Assembly: GCF_000142905.1 (NCBI RefSeq)
Contig: NW_013657676.1
Location: 558,001-622,000, forward strand
Source of the DNA: Thecamonas trahens ATCC 50062
Taxonomy: Eukaryota; Protista; Apusomonadida
Direction: 5' to 3'
Length of the DNA stretch: 64,000 bases
Shown here: in pieces, positions 1 through 11,569 of the stretch
Position numbering within the stretch: the first letter of the stretch is position 1
Layout of the letters: the number at the start of each line of letters is the position of its first letter
Position numbers and translations under genes: made by a program
The notes under the pieces: model-generated
What the model was told of the DNA's origin: nothing
Database searches by the model: none
What the model saw: only the letters and a program-made list of their open reading frames with translations

Positions 1-204
1 GGGAGTGGCGGAAGGTTCACCTCGGGCGTCTCTCCGTATGCTACCGCTACCACATGCTCATGGAATATACTGCCATCGTACTCTTCGTCTTCTATCTCGC
101 TCAATTATTTCGCAACAGAATGTGGTTGGGACTTTGCTTTCATCTTTCAAGGCTCTCCTCCTCAAGCCCGTCTCATCGCTGCTCTCTCTGGATCCATACT
201 GCGC

Positions 205-325
205 CCACCCTCATCACCCTCACCCTCATCATCATCATCACCCTCACAACCATCATCATCATCACCCTCACCCTCATCATCATCATCACCCTCACAACCA
301 TCATCATCATCACCCTCGTCATCCT
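205..325. repeat. Low-complexity CAT/CAC repeat, probably intronic
   Basis: Repeated CATCATCATCACCCTCAC units. Confidence 0.75.
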
Positions 326-360
326 CCCCACTCCCCTCGCGTTATGCTTCTTCTCGATCA

Positions 361-1464
361 TTGACCTCTCCGGTGACCTACCCAATCGCTGTCACTCACG
401 GTGAGCCAAGTGATCTACGGGTGTTCTTTGTCTCGGACTCGTTTGTGGCTGATGACGGCTTTGATATGACTTTTGTCTCCACTCCATGTGTTTACGGCTG
501 TTCGGGCCACGGAGTGTGTGATGCTTCGGCTTCCGCGTGTGTGTGCCAGGCTGGTTGGACCGGCTTCGGCTGCGAACGCCCAGGCCAGACTCCGACCGGC
601 GGCAGCGACAGCAGTGCCGATCTCGACACCGCCGCCCGCCGCGTCGCGGGTCCATGGGCCACGCTTGATCCCGCCGGCGTCTGTGTCTGCGAACCAGACT
701 TTGCGCCATCATACGCAGAGTGGATGCGCCGCTCCCGCGGCGGCATTGTCCAGTCGTTCCTCCGCGGTCCGCCCGGCACCGACTGCGGCGCCACCGACTG
801 CTCCCACCTGCAAGCTTGTCCCATGTGCGAACCGCTCTCGTCATCTGCCCAGGGCTGGTCGGCCTGCAACGCCGCCGGCGAGCCCTGCGCTCGCTTTCTC
901 CTCGATAACTGTCACCGCGATACTCCCCGCCCAGCCTCGCGCGTCCTCATCTACCTCTTGCCGGGCATCGTCTTACTCATGGGCTGGGGCTGGGCCTGCT
1001 GCCTCTACCCAGTCTACTCGTACATGCATCGCTCATCGCCGGTCGGCCCCGAAGGCGAGTATCAGCACTTTGTCCGCTTCATGCCCGAAGACATCCAAAC
1101 CTTCCGCATCCTCGTGCTCGACTCGACGACGACACCGTCAACTCCGGCACCGGTCCGTGCCGCCCCGCTCCTCTCGCCGTCGCGCTCCGACTCGTCCTTG
1201 CTCTCGGACTCGAGCGACGATTCGTCGCGCCGCCGCTTCAGCGTCATCCCACCGCCGCGCCATTCAGACGCATGCCACATCATCCACCCCTGGGAGTCCG
1301 ACGACGCCGCCATGATCGCCATCCTCCGTCACCCCACTCGAACCTCCACCACTCTCGCTGGCCTCTCACTGGGCGTCGCCAAGCCGACGCTCGCTGCCGC
1401 TTCCGACCACCGCCACGCCCTTCGCCCTTCCTCCTCTCTCTCCTCTGCGTCCTTCGACAAATGA
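361..1464 (+). CDS. CUB/EGF-like single-pass membrane protein, 3' part (5' exons unresolved or outside window)
   Basis: DLRVFFVSDSFVADDGFDMTF resembles a CUB C-terminus. It is followed by the EGF-like PCVYGCSGHGVCDASASACVCQAGWTGFGC, a further Cys-rich region, a hydrophobic TM (VLIYLLPGIVLLMGWGWACCL) and a Ser/Pro-rich tail. Start not defined. Confidence 0.6.
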   Translation: MTSPVTYPIAVTHGEPSDLRVFFVSDSFVADDGFDMTFVSTPCVYGCSGHGVCDASASACVCQAGWTGFGCERPGQTPTGGSDSSADLDTAARRVAGPWATLDPAGVCVCEPDFAPSYAEWMRRSRGGIVQSFLRGPPGTDCGATDCSHLQACPMCEPLSSSAQGWSACNAAGEPCARFLLDNCHRDTPRPASRVLIYLLPGIVLLMGWGWACCLYPVYSYMHRSSPVGPEGEYQHFVRFMPEDIQTFRILVLDSTTTPSTPAPVRAAPLLSPSRSDSSLLSDSSDDSSRRRFSVIPPPRHSDACHIIHPWESDDAAMIAILRHPTRTSTTLAGLSLGVAKPTLAAASDHRHALRPSSSLSSASFDK

Positions 1465-1465
1465 T

Positions 1466-4400
1466 TTACACCAGCATCAATGACGCTAGCTGCGTAAACT
1501 GCGCCTCGTTGAGGACCAACTGCGCTCCGCCTGCCGCGCCTTGCTTGCCCAGCCCCGAGCTCACCGTCACTTCGGCGATCTTCGCCCCGACGTCGCCCTC
1601 AGCGAGCGCCTTGTTGAGCTGCGGTGAGCCAAAGGCGCCAAAGGCCACCCCGGACCGGCGCCTGGCAGCCCACGACCAAGCACCCGTCGGACTCGGTCAT
1701 TCACCTCGGCGGCCTTGACGCTCAGCGACGCCGCGTACTCTTGCTCCGCCAGCCACCGCGCCCGCGCCTGCTCGTCTGCCAGCGACACGACTCGCGGCTG
1801 CGCCAGCGCCGTCCGCGTCTCCCGCAGCAATGAGCCGAGCTCGCCGCGTGCAGTCTGCACCTCGTCGGCAAACGCTTGCAGCGCCGCCGCTCGCTTTGCC
1901 GCCGCCGCCCCACTTCGCGCCTTGGCCGGGCCCAGCGCCAATGCGTGCTTGGCCTGCCGCGCCTTGAGCGCTGCCGCCCCGGGGGTCGCCTCGGCCTTAC
2001 CCTTGCCCACCCCATACTCTAGCTTGGGCAAGTCCGCAAGCGTCGCTGTCGCCAGTTGCGCCTTGAGCTCCTGAACCTGCGCCCGGAGGTACCGGATCGC
2101 CCGCATGTGTGCCGTCGAGCTCACCGCAGACCCACTGCCCGAGCCGACAGAGCCTGACCGCCCCCGGCTGAGAATCGGGTTCTTGTGCCCGCCGCCTGAC
2201 AGCGCTGCCAGAATCGATTTGCCCTTGGCCACGTCCGGCGTCGGCGACTTGGGGCTGCCCGGCACCGGTGTGCTGCCAGCCGACGGGCCAGCGGACCCAC
2301 CCTCGTTGCTTCCGCCCGCGCCCGCCACCGACCGCGTAAACGCTGCCAGCGGCGACATGGTGTTCGCCTTGGCCGCCGCCGCCTTCAACTCATCGTTTTC
2401 CTTGCGCAGCGCGTCGATCGCCTCGCGGTATGTCGACTCGGAGCCCTTGAGCTTGCGCACCTGTGCCTCGAGCTCGTCGACTGCGTCGATCCGCTCTTGC
2501 AGCACCTCGATTCGCTTGCCGAGCACGTCCGACTGCACTCGCGCCTCTTGCAGCGCCTGCTCGCGGCCTTTGGCCGCACGCTGCAGCCGCTCCTTCTCGG
2601 CCTCGGCAGCCTCGAGCGCAGGCCGCATGGCCTCGGCCTCGGCCACTGCCGCGCGGTACGCCTTGGCCACCACCGCCCACGTCCCGCCCGGCGCATTCCC
2701 GTCGTTGCTCTCCTCGAGTGCCAGCCATGCCGAGCCGGACCTCGGGCCCTGGCCACCCAGCGTGGCGTCAGACGTGTCGTCGTACTCGCCAGCGAGGAAC
2801 GCCTCCACCAGCGACTTGACGTGCCCGCACGCAGTGAAGAGCGCATCACCCAGCTGTGGCAGCGCACGCGCAGCCTCGCCATCACCGGCATCCGGCAGAC
2901 TGTAGCCCTGAACCACAACAAGGTCCGAGCTGGCCACGTGCTCGACCACAACCGCCGCCACCACGTCCGCCAAACTCGCCAAATCCTCGGCAGGGTTGGC
3001 CAGCAACGCTTCCTTGACTGCACCGGCTGCCGCCGCTGCTGCCGGGGCCAGCGCATGCAGCAGCGCAAACGCCGTGTCCAGCATGGTCCACGCCTCGTTC
3101 GACAGGTCCAGCGGCGCGTCGCCCAGGTTCTTGACTAGCTTGGCGCAGAGCCGGAGGCACGACCGCAGCTCGTCCGCCCCACCGCTCAGCGCCCCGAGGA
3201 CTGCTGCTGTCGGCGCGCCCGGCCCATTAAGTGCCGCGCCCACCACTGCGGCCTGCGTCGCACCTGCACCTAGCTCTGCCCGCGCGCGCGCCAGCGCCTC
3301 GTCGTCTGGCACCGCGCCGGTCTTGACGCTCGCCTCCAGCGCCGAGAGGTGCAACAGCGTGCTCGCCGCAGCGGCCGACATGGCGCGGAACGCGCCCGAG
3401 AGCGAGATACCTAGCGGAACGGCCGCCGGCGCCCGCGCCACAAGCTCCGACGCCGTCATCGACGCCGCACCCAGCGACGGCCCGATCTCCGACGCCTCTG
3501 AGCCCGACGCCGACGCCCCGGCGAGCGCGTCAGGGCTCGCACGGGTGCAGTACGCCAGCAGCGCAGAGACGCGGTCGGTCACCAGCTCCACACCCTCCAG
3601 CGACGTCCCGACCACGAGCCCGTCGTCGACCACAAGGTCCAACAGCTCGTGTAGGTGCTTCTCTGCCGGCGCAAGGTCGCCCGCCCGCGCCGCCAGCGCC
3701 ACAACCTCGGCCGGCGAGCCAGCAGCCACGCCAGCCGCGAGGAACGTCAGCAGCGTAGCGAGCTTGCGCAGCGGGCCGACAACCCGCGCCACTGCAAGCA
3801 TGTCGTCGAGTAGCGCCGGCGCACCCGCCCGTGTAAACGCTGCAAAGTCGTATGTGGCATCAAAGTGGTCGAGCAACAGCCGGACCGCTGCTTGCATGCG
3901 CGAGACAACTCCCACCATGGCCACCGTGTTTGCCGGTGTCGCCGCACCTCCGTCGACGGCCACGCTCTGCGCAAACGACGCCGGCATGCACGCTGCCAGC
4001 AGTGCCTCACACTGGCGCGCAGACTTGACCGCGAAATCGGCCGCCGCCGCCTTGAGCGCCGCCGCCGCCCGCTTGGCCGCTGCTGCCAACGCCGTCGTGT
4101 CAGGCACCCCATCGGCCGTCGTCAGCGCCGCCGACGACGCCATGAGCGCAGAGAGCTTGAGGGAGGCCTCGGACGCCCCGCCACTAGACTCGGACGCCGC
4201 GTCCAGCTGCGACTGCAGGTCGGCCACCAGCACCCGGAACTGCGCAATGGTATCGCGCGACGCCTCTAACTGCTCGTACATGGCCTCCATGTCCCCAAGC
4301 AGGGCATCGGCCCGAGCGTCGGCATCGAGCGCGGCCTCGGTCAGCCGGATCTCCTCCTCCAACTGCGCCTCGATCGTGTTCTCGGCGAGCTCGAGCATGT

Positions 4401-6135
4401 GGTTGAGGTCCGAGACTTCGGCCCGGAGGCCTGCTGCCTGCTCCTCGGCCAGCAGCTTCTCCTCGGCCATGGCCTCCAGCTCACCGGCGGCGTCGGTGGT
4501 CGCGTCAAGCTGGTCGCGCAGGTGCTCAATGTCGTCCTGCAGGCTCGCAACCTCGTCCTCAAGCTCGACAATCCGCGCCTGTGCCGCCGGATACTGCGCC
4601 GACACCGCTGCCAGCTCGTCGAGCTGCCGCTTGTACTCGTTACGGTCCGAGGCCGCGACCTCGCGGACGTCGACCAGTGCGTCACGGAGCCGCTTGTTCT
4701 GCTTCTCCATCGACTTGTAGAATAGCTTCTGCACCGCAAGGTTCTCGGCCGAAGCCTCCTCAAGAAGCGCCAGCGAGTACTCGCCCTCGCGCGCCCGGTA
4801 CAGCTCGACATCCAGCCGCAAGTCCTCGAGCTCCAGCCGGACTGTATCAAGCTCAATCTTGTAGTTGGCGGCCTGCAGTGCGGCAATGTCACGGTCGAGG
4901 TTGATCGCCTCCAGGTCCGAGTCCAGCGACGACAGCCGCGCCACGTCGGCCTCCAGCTGCGCAATCCGCTCATGGCGGTGCGCGAGCTGCTTCCGCTGGC
5001 TCACCACAATCATCGCCAGCTCGTCCGACGGCATCTCGGCCAGCCCGCCTGCGGAGGTGCCTGGGTCGGCAGCGGCAGCGGCAGGGGTGGCGGAGGCGGA
5101 GGCGGAAACGGCCGCCGTGCCACCGGCTTTGGCCGTCTTCTGCGCCGCCTTGAGCTTGGCTTGCAGCTCTTGGCACATCTTCTTATACTTGACCGCCAGC
5201 GCCTTGTACTTGTCGCTATCCTCCGAAGTCGTGGACGCGACTGACACGACCGACGCGGTCTCATCGCCATCGGCCGAATGGCTTGCTGCCGCGGCCTTAC
5301 GCGAGAGGTCCTCGATGAGCGCCTCTGACTTGCGGTAGAGCGCCTTGGCCTTGGCCAGCTTCTTCTTGTCCTCGTCAGTCGCGCTCTCACCAGCAGCTTT
5401 GTACGCAGCCATCTCCTTTCGCAGCCGATCCTTGATCACCTTGTGGTTGGCCTGCCGCTTGGCCAGCTCCTTTTCCACCGCCGAGCTCGCACTAGAGCTG
5501 CCATCGCCGCCGGAAGAGCTTTGAGCTGCGGCCAGCTTTTGCATCAGTGACTTGCACTTGAGCTTGAGCTTGCGGATGAGCTCGGCATCACCGGCCGAGC
5601 CTCCTCCACCAGCGCCGCTGTCACCTCCAGCCGATGGCGACTTTTTCATCTCTGCCTTGAGCTTTGCCTTGAGCTTTGCCACCATGTTCTTCTCCTTCTC
5701 CAGAGCCTTGTTGAGCTCGGCGAGCTTAGCTGCTGCCTCAGCCCCATCTCCCACAGGAGCCACAACAGCCACGGCCCCACCAGCTCCTGCAGCTCTCTCC
5801 AGTGCAGCCACCTTGGCCTCTGCAGCCTCTGCCTTTGCCTTGAGCTTCTTGGCCATCGTCTTGTACTTTTTCACATCGGCCTCCAGCGCCGCAACCTTGG
5901 CCTCCTATGCCCATGTGTACACAGCCCACCAGTGGCAACCAGAGCCCACCAGACACGCGTGAGTATACCAAGTGTAGGGTTATGTACTTGGTGCATATGT
6001 GTGTATACGTGTGTGGTTTGTGCAGGGGGGAAGACCAAGCGGGAGGAGGGGGTGTGGGGCGGTGTGGGGCGTGGGGGGGGGGGGGTGGGAATGGAAACTA
6101 TATGTGGTAGTTGGGAGGGTACGTACGTCTGCCAT
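1466..6135 (-). CDS. DCTN1: Dynactin subunit 1 (p150Glued) homologue; exon 1 6135-6127, intron 6126-5905, apparent frameshift near 1650
   Basis: QNKRLRDALVDVREVAASDRNE, LRDQLDATTDA and TIAQFRVLVADLQ match p150 coiled-coil motifs. The C-terminus in the shifted frame (FGAFGSP...QLVLNEAQFTQLASLMLV*) matches the p150 tail. ATG GCA GAC|GTACGT and TAG|GAG GCC give an in-frame splice. Confidence 0.85.
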
Positions 6136-6344
6136 GGTTGCTGCCTCTTGGGTGAGACGTGTGTTGCAGTGTGTGCTTGGGAGGACGGGGGGGGGGGGGG
6201 GGAGGGAGACGGGAGACAGCAGCCAATGGTAGGCAGTAGGCAGTAGGCGCCAGCCGGGTATCAGGCCAGTCGAGCTGGTAGTGTGATAGTTCAGACGGTA
6301 GATACAACTCGCCACTGACTCTGATCTAGCATGCAATCCTTTTG

Positions 6345-7374
6345 TTACGACTCGGACGGCTCGTCCTCGCGAGGTTGCGGGTAGGTGGTGTCGATCTGGG
6401 CAACGATGGCATCGGCGAGCTCGCGGGTGGAGGCGACAAGCATGCGGCGGTCGTACAGGTCAAAGGGCGAGCCGTCGGTGGAACAGACAGTGGCGCCGGC
6501 CTCGGTGGCGACAATGGCGGCGGCGCAAAAGTCCCAGCAGTGCGGGCCCCACTCAAAGTAGGCATCCTGGGCACCCTTGGCGACGTAGCAAGTGTTGCAA
6601 GCTGCTGAGCCGAGGAAGCGCAGCGAGTGAGCATGGACACCTGGTGTGTCGCCGATGAGCGCGCCGTAGTTGGTCTTGAGGAAGTCAACCTTGTCGGTAG
6701 TCCGGGTTGAGCCGACCTCCTGAGCGATGAGGGCGTCGTTGATGGCGGTGATGCCTGAGGCCGAGATCTTGGCGCCATTGAGTCTGGCGCCGTGGCCCTT
6801 GGCTGCAGTGTACAGCTCGTTGAGCATGGGCATGTACACGACACCGAGCACGGGCTCCTTGTTGATGGCCAGACCGATGCAGACGGCCACAAACGGGAAG
6901 CGATGGACAAAGTTGGTGGTTCCGTCGAGCGGATCGCAAATCCATGTCGGCGCGTCGGTGAGCGGTGGGACAACGCCCGACTCGGCCGCAGACTCCTCGC
7001 CAATGCGGGCAAAGTCCGGAAAGGCAGCAGCTAGGCGGGTGAAGATCAGCTTCTCGCTTGCGACATCGGTCTCGGTCACCAGATCAACCTCGGTCGCCTT
7101 GGTCTGCACCCTCGAGTGCTTAGCCGGCTTGGCGTATGCAGCCGCAATGAGAGCTCCGGCCTCTTTGGCCACCTCCTACACAATGAAGAGTCAGTCTCCA
7201 TGACGGTGGGTGAGTGCGGCGTTAGCTTTGGCAGTGGTAGTGGCAGTGGAAGGGGGGACGTCGGCGCTGCCTGCTCGAGGCCATGCTCGGGTTCCGTACG
7301 GTGACAATGTCGAGGTAGCCGAGCAGGTCGTGGTCTTCCACGCGGGTGGACGGGATGGCTTGGGTCTCGGCCAT
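6345..7374 (-). CDS. IMPA: Inositol monophosphatase; exon 1 7374-7300, intron 7299-7176
   Basis: DLVTETD, GEE, WICDPLDGTTNFVH, GSAA and WDFCAA motifs. Phase-0 intron GTACGG...CTGAC...TAG. Confidence 0.95.
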
Positions 7375-7484
7375 GGTGAGTCAGGTGTCGGGAGTGGGGT
7401 GGGGAGTGTATGGGGGAGGGTTTGGCGTTGGCGGTGTGTGGTGGTGCAACGTGGCTGGACGCCAGGCTCGAGCGGCAAAGCCGC

Positions 7485-9030
7485 TCAATTAGGCGACTCG
7501 CGGCCAAGGGGCCGGGCGCGCTTGGGTGGTGGCGATGACGTGAGATCGATGGTGGCTGGGGACGGGCGATGCCGCTTGCGGACGGCGGCCTTGAACTCGG
7601 AGGCCCAAAGGAAGAACGAGCAGCGCCAGCGGAGGTCGCCGCGCGGACCGCGCGGGCGGGCGCAGATAAAGAACTCGCGGCCTTGGTTGAGCCCGGGCTT
7701 GTTGACCACCAGTCGCTTGGTCGGCTCGCGATGGCCGCGGCATAGCGGGACTGCGTCCTGGGTCTGCGGCTTGAGTAGCTGCGTCCACGCTTGCATTGTG
7801 GACGTCGAGTTGTGGACGGCGCGGGTGGCGGGCGATGCCGCCACGGGCGGCGGCAAGGTGGCCGGACGGCGAGGCTTGGCGGCGTGCGGGGTGAAGAACT
7901 GCCGCAGTGTCACTGGCTTGGACGCGGGTGCCGACTTGGGCTTGGATTTGGGCGCCGGTCTTGGCAGCGACGACGGGGCCGGCTCGCAGCTGCGTGCAGC
8001 GGCCACAAACGCGTCGATAGTCGCCTGCGAGCCTGCGAGCTCGGGGAGGTAGATAGAGGCGAGCGGCGGTGGCGCGCGCGGGAGTGGAGCGAGCGCTGCC
8101 AGCTGCAAGTCTGCCACGACCGGGGCGTGATCCGAGCCCATCCTGTCGGCGTCGATCCAGCAGGCAGCGACGGCCGGTGCGAGCACAGCATCGACAAGGA
8201 CATAGTCGATACGCGAGCCATGATTGGCCAGCCGCGCCTCGGTCTGGGTGTTCCAGCAGGTAAAGGCTCGGGTGGCGTCCGGGTGCAGGGCGCGAAAGGC
8301 GTCGACCATGCCGAGGCCACCGTCCTGCGGAAGGGCGAGCAATCCGTCGAGCCAGCGCCATGTCGACGACGGCTCCCAGTCGGACGGCAGCTCGTCCGCG
8401 TATGCCATGTCGCGCATATCGTGGACAGCGTTGAGGTCGCCGACGAGGACGACCGCGTGGCCGCGGGCCATTTCCAGAGTCATCGCCGCCCGCAGCGTGT
8501 CGTTGAACTCGGCCTTGAACTGAGCCCGGTCCTCCGTCGCGCCCGAGTTGGGACAGTAGACGTTAAAGACAACCACGCAGCCGGCATGGTGGGTCACCAC
8601 CGCCCGACCCTCGTCGTCAAGCTCGTGCAGCCGGCTGCTGCTCAGCCCGGCCGTCCCTGGCGGCAGGTCAACAAAGGCCTGCGCCCTGGCGGCGTCTGGG
8701 CGAGCTGTCGCACTCCTCACATACGTGGCCGTCCCCGAGTAGCCCGACTTGACCCTCGCTCGCGCAAAGAATGCATCGTATCCGTCGACTCGGACCTGGT
8801 CTGGTGCCGACCCCACCGTCCCGAACCCCATCTTGGTCTCCTGGAAGCATATCACGTCGGCTTGGAACGAGTCTAGTAAGCTGCGCAGCCAAACAACAGT
8901 TGGGTGAGACCTGCCTTCCTCCCCCCTCCCCCCCCCCCCCCCCCCCAAAGGGAGCAGCATACCTCTTGAACTCTGCCGCACCCGCTGGCAACGACCGTAG
9001 GCCATTGACATTCCACGTTACTACCCTCAT
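7485..9030 (-). CDS. APEX2: AP endonuclease 2 (ExoIII family with PIP-like box and GRF zinc finger); intron 8962-8881
   Basis: MRVVTWNVNGLR spliced (AG|GTATGC...CAG|C) to LLDSFQADVICFQETK. Also GYSG, NVYCP, GDLN, GSRIDY, GSDHAPV, QATIDAF and the C-terminal PLCRGHREP...GREFFICARP...CSFFLW. Confidence 0.93.
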
Positions 9031-9064
<34 letters not shown>

Positions 9065-9084
9065 AGCGAGAGTGAGAGAGAGAG
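9030..9084. repeat. (GA)n microsatellite in the APEX2/MZT1 divergent intergenic region
   Basis: Direct AG dinucleotide run. Confidence 0.9.
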
Positions 9085-9365
9085 CGGTAGGCACGCGTGT
9101 GGCCGAAAAAAGGTCGTGGTTTGTCGAGTGTGTGGCAGACGGGCAAGTTCGCGCCAAGACGCCCCACCGATGTCAGCACACGCACCGTCCCACCACCACG
9201 CTCGACACCCACTACGCCCACACCCACCACACCCACTACCTCACTCACACCCACATTCTCCCGTCTCTACCCTTGCCCTTCCATCCTTCATCCCTCCTCT
9301 CAGTCTACACGACTCCGCCTACCTCAAACCTTCACGAATCCTTGCCCACCCCAACCCCCATCATC

Positions 9366-9645
9366 ATGGAGCACCAGGTCCAACAGGCCATGGAGGGTAC
9401 GTCCAACCTATAGCATCCATTCTCCCTCTCTCTCTCCCATCCCCCTCCACTCTCCACTCATCTATTCTTTTGCAGTCATTACGGAAATGTCCGATATGCT
9501 CAACACTGGGCTCACTCGTGAGCAGCTGGCACTGGTGGTCGACCTGTGCGAGAAGGGCGTGAACCCGGAGGCTCTGGCAGCTGTCATCACAGAGATCCGC
9601 CGTGAGGCCGAAGCACTCAAGGCTGAGGCTGCTCATACACCGTAG
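9366..9645 (+). CDS. MZT1: Mitotic-spindle organizing protein 1 (MOZART1); exon 1 9366-9396, intron 9397-9475
   Basis: The spliced product MEHQVQQAMEVITEMSDMLNTGLTREQLALVVDLCEKGVNPEALAAVITEIRRE carries the MZT1 signature LNTGL...LCExGVNPEALAxVIxE. GTACGT...TTTTGCAG intron. Confidence 0.93.
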
Positions 9646-9998
9646 GGCGAGAGTGGCCGACCCAAGACGCAGATGTGGTGAAATCTCCCGCAACGGTGGT
9701 GATGATGCGACGATTGGCTTCTCGCTCGACTTTCTCCTCCTCCTCCTTCTCCCCCCCCGCCACGGTCCCGCCACGGTCCCGCCTCGATGCGCCTACACTG
9801 GATCGGACCCTCCAGCCTCAGATGGGCTCAATGTCTTACCCGCCCTCGCCCCTGCTGCTCCTCCTCGCCGCCCCGCGGTAAATCGAATCCGGGCTCCATG
9901 CATGTTACCGATTTCTGGGCGCGGCTCCGCAAAGCAAAAATGGCGGTCGTTGCGACCGCTGCTCTCGACTTGGCGATTGAGACACTGCACCCTGAGCC

Positions 9999-11282
9999 AT
10001 GGAGTGTACTTGGGTTGTCGATGGTGTCTTTGTCACCGCTGACCGCGATATGGTGAACGAGCGGACGAGCGAGGACGCTCAATCCGTCTTTGATGTTTCG
10101 TCCCCACTCACATCAAGCACAAGTGGCGCCGACGCCCGCCCGCGGTGCGATGTGTGTGGCAAGCCGTTCGACGGCTGGTCGGCTGTCTTTGCTCACAAGG
10201 GCTCCGGCGAGAACTGCGATCCGGGCGCGGGCGCTGCGGGCGAAGCCGAGGCGACGGTGACAATGTCTGCGCGCGTCGCGGACGAAGTCCGCGACACGGT
10301 CCACGCTCTTGGCCGCGAGCTGGTCGAGTCTAGCGATGGGCGGTGGAGTATGAAGTATCTGGCGCGGAGCGTCGAGTTTGCGCTAGACCAGCTGACCTAT
10401 GCTCGGTGCAACGCGTACAACCTCGAGCGGTGGTACCCCGCAGTCGAGGCCGCGTACGATGCGGCCGGCAAGCCTCTGCCGACCGCCCGCTCGATCTTCT
10501 TGCCGCTCTCGGACCCCGACATTGACATCCTGTGCAAGACGTTCTCGCGTGGTGAGTTTGGCTCGAGCCTCTCGCGGGCCGAGTCGGAGACGCTCGCGGC
10601 ACTTGAGCGACGGGTCCAGGCCGCAATGGACGAGGCGACCTTGATGTCAACGCGGTTTTTCGTGCGGCTCTCGACGCGCTCGCCCAAGGACGCCGTGACT
10701 AGCCAGGACGGCACCGCCAAGGACGCGCTGGCAGTGACCCGGGCGCGCGAGGCTCTCGCGCTCATCGGCCGCTCGATGCGCTGCTACTCAGACTTGCAGG
10801 CGCACCTCAAGTTTCGGGCTTTGCCCAACTTGCCAGCGATGAACCTCATCTTGCGCGAGTGGGTTGACATGCCGTTTGACTACGAGTTCCGCTGCTTTGT
10901 AGCCAGCGGCGCGCTTACCGCCATCTCACAGTACGCCTGCTTCGATGTGGTGCCCGAGCTTCACGACACTGCGACACTCGATGCGATCCGCGACGCCATT
11001 GTCGAGCTCCACACTTCGCTCGACCCGCTGCTGTCTCTCGACTCGTATGTGTTTGACGTGGTATGGATGCCGGACACGGGCTCTGTCTCGCTCATCGAAA
11101 TCAACCCGTTTGGAGCCGAGCTCTCATCGGGCGCATGCCTGTTCTCTTGGACCCGCGACCGCGCACTGCTCTACGGCGACGAGCCGGCTGCCGGCAGCCA
11201 GCCCGCCGTCCGAGTTCTCCGCGAACTGATCGGCAAGGCCTCTGTCCCGCGCGTGGCACCGTCGGCCATGTTTGGCGTCTGA
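9999..11282 (+). CDS. Cdc123/D123-related (R2K-type) ATP-grasp protein with an N-terminal C2H2-like finger
   Basis: FFVRLSTRSPKDA, LILREW, EFRCFV, LTAISQY, YVFDV and LIEINPFG motifs, plus CDVCGKPF...H. The true start may be ATG 9940 across a frameshift. Confidence 0.8.
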   Translation: MECTWVVDGVFVTADRDMVNERTSEDAQSVFDVSSPLTSSTSGADARPRCDVCGKPFDGWSAVFAHKGSGENCDPGAGAAGEAEATVTMSARVADEVRDTVHALGRELVESSDGRWSMKYLARSVEFALDQLTYARCNAYNLERWYPAVEAAYDAAGKPLPTARSIFLPLSDPDIDILCKTFSRGEFGSSLSRAESETLAALERRVQAAMDEATLMSTRFFVRLSTRSPKDAVTSQDGTAKDALAVTRAREALALIGRSMRCYSDLQAHLKFRALPNLPAMNLILREWVDMPFDYEFRCFVASGALTAISQYACFDVVPELHDTATLDAIRDAIVELHTSLDPLLSLDSYVFDVVWMPDTGSVSLIEINPFGAELSSGACLFSWTRDRALLYGDEPAAGSQPAVRVLRELIGKASVPRVAPSAMFGV

Positions 11283-11569
11283 AGAGTGTAAACGTTGGCC
11301 GCGTCTGCCATGCTTGTCGCGATGACGTTCGCCTGAGCGTGGCAACCGCTGCCACCGCAACCAAAGCACGCGCTTTGCTGGCGCCGCGTCTACTTTCGGT
11401 ATCGCGTCGAGGACCTTGCGACGACCCTCCTGCTCCGTCTCATCCTTCGCGGTTTGTGTCACCTTTGCCTCGCACTGTGATGGTGCGACAGCATTCTCGA
11501 CCAGGTTGTGCTGATCACGTCAACGCTCGTATCACGGCGCACTCCTCTTCAACCTCGAATTGGCCCAGC

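Noticed and set aside
5-404. His-rich and Ile/Thr-rich ORFs
   Set aside because: These are translations of a CAT/CAC simple repeat with no other coding evidence.
1567-1647. ORF-track C-terminus of p150 (WPLAPLAHRSS...)
   Set aside because: The other frame (1466-1648) matches the conserved p150 tail, so this ending is a frameshift artefact.
2996-4720. Long antisense and alternate-frame ORFs (also 47774-48997, 58153-59559 and many others)
   Set aside because: Expected shadows of GC-rich codon usage opposite real genes; no recognisable motifs.
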